Below, piece by piece: positions 29,964 to 32,000 of a stretch of DNA of 32,000 bases. The notes beneath the pieces were generated by a model. It was not told where the DNA came from. It ran no database searches and saw nothing but the letters and a program-made list of their open reading frames with translations. Positions within the stretch are counted from its first letter, which is position 1. Each line of letters begins with the position of its first letter. The stretch spans positions 870,001-902,000 of the forward strand of contig NC_000917.1 in NCBI RefSeq assembly GCF_000008665.1, written 5' to 3'. The position numbers and the translations under genes were made by a program. Source of the stretch: Archaeoglobus fulgidus DSM 4304 (lineage in GTDB: Archaea > Halobacteriota > Archaeoglobi > Archaeoglobales > Archaeoglobaceae).

Positions 29964-31214
29964 CTAACCACCTACCAGCTCGAGTGCCGTTTCCTCAGCC
30001 TTTTCGATTACTTTTTCCTCCTCAACGTTCACAAGAATGCCGTCCTCCATGACGAGAACACCATCAACAACAGCATGAAGCGCCTGATTTTCGACGTAAA
30101 GCATCGCTGCTGGATCGTGCATCGGAGCGTTCCTGCACGTTTTGCTGAAAACAACAATGTCGGCAAGGTATCCCTCCTCGATTCTCCCTCCCTTAAGGTT
30201 GTAGGCCCTGTATCCGCCTTCGGTGGCCATCTCAAGCCAGTGCCCAGGTTTCAGAGTCCTGCCTCTCAGGTTCTGAAGCAAAGCACCCACTCTCGCGTCT
30301 GAAAGCACACTGAGCATGTTGTTGCTCGCAGCGCCATCCGTGCCTATGCCCACGTTTACACCCATCTCAAGAAGCTCAGAAACTTTTGCTATGCCTGACG
30401 AGAGCTTCAGGTTGCTTGTGGGACAGTGTGCGACGCTAACGCCCCTCTCTGCAAGAATTTTCATCTCAGCTTCAGACAGCCAAACCGCGTGAGCCAGAAC
30501 GGTGCTGGAGTCGAGAAAGCCTATTGAGTCCAGGAACTCAACGGGCCTTTTTCCGTACCTCTCCCTAACCTCCTTTACCTCCCACAGAGTTTCAGAGACG
30601 TGTATGTGCTTCAAAAATCCCTTATCCTTCGAAGCGTCGCTGACCACTTTCAAAAACTCCGGGGAGCATGTGTAGGGGGCGTGAGGAGCCAGCATGGTGG
30701 TAACTCTTCCCTCAAAGCCGCCGTTCCACTTCTCCGCAAATTCAAGTCCGATTTCAAGCTCCTTCCTTGCTCTCTCCTCATCACCTCTGTCAGCCATGCC
30801 GTAGCCGAGAACTGCCCTCATTCCCGACTCGCCCACAGCCTCAGCGACTGCATCCATGTGTATGTACATGTCCGCAAATGCGGTTACTCCCGATTTCAGC
30901 ATTTCAACGCACGCGAGCATGGTTCCCCAGTAAACCGCATCCTCATCCAGCCTTGCCTCAACCTCCCAGACCTTCTCAAGCCACTCCCTGAGCGGCAAGC
31001 CCTCGGCATAACCCCTCAGCAAGGTCATGGCAGCATGAGTGTGAGCGTTGAAGCAGCCGGGCATGACGAGGCAGCCAGCAGCGTCAATCTCTATTTCTCC
31101 CCTCTCAACCTCCTTGGCTACATGGGTGATTCTGTTGCCGTCCACACCAACGCTGCACTCGACAAACTCCCCGTTAATGAAACAAAGGCCGTTTCTGATG
31201 ACAAGATCGTGCAT
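29964..31214 (-). CDS. Amidohydrolase, S-adenosylhomocysteine/5'-methylthioadenosine/5'-deoxyadenosine deaminase-like
   Basis: 416 aa. VMPGCFNAHTHAAMTLLRGYAEGLPLREWLEKVW, FLKHIHVSET, STVLAHAVWL, GVSVAHCPTSNLKLSSGIAKV, VGIGTDGAASNN. Confidence 0.88.
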   Translation of the reverse strand: MHDLVIRNGLCFINGEFVECSVGVDGNRITHVAKEVERGEIEIDAAGCLVMPGCFNAHTHAAMTLLRGYAEGLPLREWLEKVWEVEARLDEDAVYWGTMLACVEMLKSGVTAFADMYIHMDAVAEAVGESGMRAVLGYGMADRGDEERARKELEIGLEFAEKWNGGFEGRVTTMLAPHAPYTCSPEFLKVVSDASKDKGFLKHIHVSETLWEVKEVRERYGKRPVEFLDSIGFLDSSTVLAHAVWLSEAEMKILAERGVSVAHCPTSNLKLSSGIAKVSELLEMGVNVGIGTDGAASNNMLSVLSDARVGALLQNLRGRTLKPGHWLEMATEGGYRAYNLKGGRIEEGYLADIVVFSKTCRNAPMHDPAAMLYVENQALHAVVDGVLVMEDGILVNVEEEKVIEKAEETALELVGG

Positions 31215-31285
31215 GTAAGGTCCTCAATCTTTAAGATTAATACCTTTCGCGGTAAAGCTTAAAATGCTGAAAATAAACATATTTT

Positions 31286-32000
31286 ATGAATGTTCTCCTC
31301 AGCAGAAAGGACACCATCAGATTCCTCATTCTGTCGGAGCTCATGGTGAATCCCGAATGCAACCAAAGAGATATAGCGAAAAAGCTTGGATTGACCCCTC
31401 AGGCGATTTCGGAGCATTTCAAGGAGATGGTTTCAGAGGGGTTCATCAACGTCGTTCACAAAGGCTACTACGAGGTCACGAGGAAGGGAGAGGAGTGGAT
31501 GTCCAGAAACCTCATCGACCTCCACCTTTTTAGCGAGGAGCTGCTCAAAAAAATTTACTCGAAAACAGTTGTTGCAATCGCCAAGGGAAGAATAGCGGAA
31601 AACGATTCGGTGAGATACTGGTTTGGAGACGGGTACATTTTCGCAGAGAGGAGCGCCAAGGGAAACGGCGTGGCCCTGACTTCTGCTGAAGACGGAGAAG
31701 ACGTCCTGATTAAGCCCACCGGCAGCTTCGAACCACCTGAAAAGGGAGAGATAATCATAGTTAAGGTTCCGGGAGTTGCGGAGGGTGGAAGCAGAAAAGT
31801 TGACCTCGATTCGTTCAGGGAGCTTGTGAAGTCGAGGCCCACGAGCATAGTCGTTGCCATCGGAATAGAGGCGCTCGTTACGTGCAGGAAGATCAGAGTT
31901 GAACCAATCTTCTTTGGAGCGAAGGAAGTCTGCATCGAAGCCGCCCATCACGGGAGTGGAGTTATTGTTGCGTGCACCGAGAGCATGCTGAACGACCTGC
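31286..32000 (+). CDS. Winged-helix/HTH transcriptional regulator, runs off the right edge
   Basis: Not in the ORF track because there is no stop in the window. Reads MNVLLSRKDTIRFLILSELMVNPECNQRDIAKKLGLTPQAISEHFKEMVSEGFINVVHKGYYEVTRKGEEWM... open to the end, with a clear wHTH motif. Confidence 0.88.
   Translation, partial: MNVLLSRKDTIRFLILSELMVNPECNQRDIAKKLGLTPQAISEHFKEMVSEGFINVVHKGYYEVTRKGEEWMSRNLIDLHLFSEELLKKIYSKTVVAIAKGRIAENDSVRYWFGDGYIFAERSAKGNGVALTSAEDGEDVLIKPTGSFEPPEKGEIIIVKVPGVAEGGSRKVDLDSFRELVKSRPTSIVVAIGIEALVTCRKIRVEPIFFGAKEVCIEAAHHGSGVIVACTESMLNDL

Noticed and set aside
30600-31262. 220-aa plus-strand ORF opposite the deaminase-like gene
   Set aside because: The minus strand encodes a complete amidohydrolase with its metal-binding motifs; the long antisense ORF fits codon-composition bias.

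Overview
This is a densely coding archaeal window. It matches my recollection of Archaeoglobus fulgidus: the 391-aa Amt is recognisable as the structurally studied Amt-1, and the osmoprotectant-binding lipoprotein as AfProX. No database search was run, so this is recall only. From left to right: (1) a truncated sodium:solute symporter gene and a small membrane partner (minus), divergent from a cNMP-binding/CBS/nucleotidyltransferase regulator and a DEDDh exonuclease (plus); (2) two tandem family III (CaiB/BaiF) CoA-transferases and two AMP-forming acyl-CoA synthetases; (3) an amt-glnK pair; (4) a complete Opu/Pro-type osmoprotectant ABC operon; (5) an apparent histidine kinase remnant, a two-gene ABC exporter, hisB and hisA; (6) a UspA-like protein, a TAXI-TRAP transporter, a third CoA-transferase and a glutaryl-CoA-dehydrogenase-like protein; (7) a secreted helix-rich protein of unknown function, radA, an HD-domain protein and a stand-alone type IV pilus/archaellum-like membrane protein plus ATPase; (8) an SAH/MTA/5'-deoxyadenosine deaminase-like amidohydrolase and, at the right edge, an HTH regulator absent from the ORF track. 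No CRISPR array, rRNA, tRNA or transposon was seen. I found no clearly novel system. The best leads are the internally deleted, frame-shifted kinase remnant, the TRAP/CoA-transferase/GCDH neighbourhood, the symporter/regulator/exonuclease/CoA-ligase neighbourhood, the secreted helical orphan, and a short motif near several TATA boxes.
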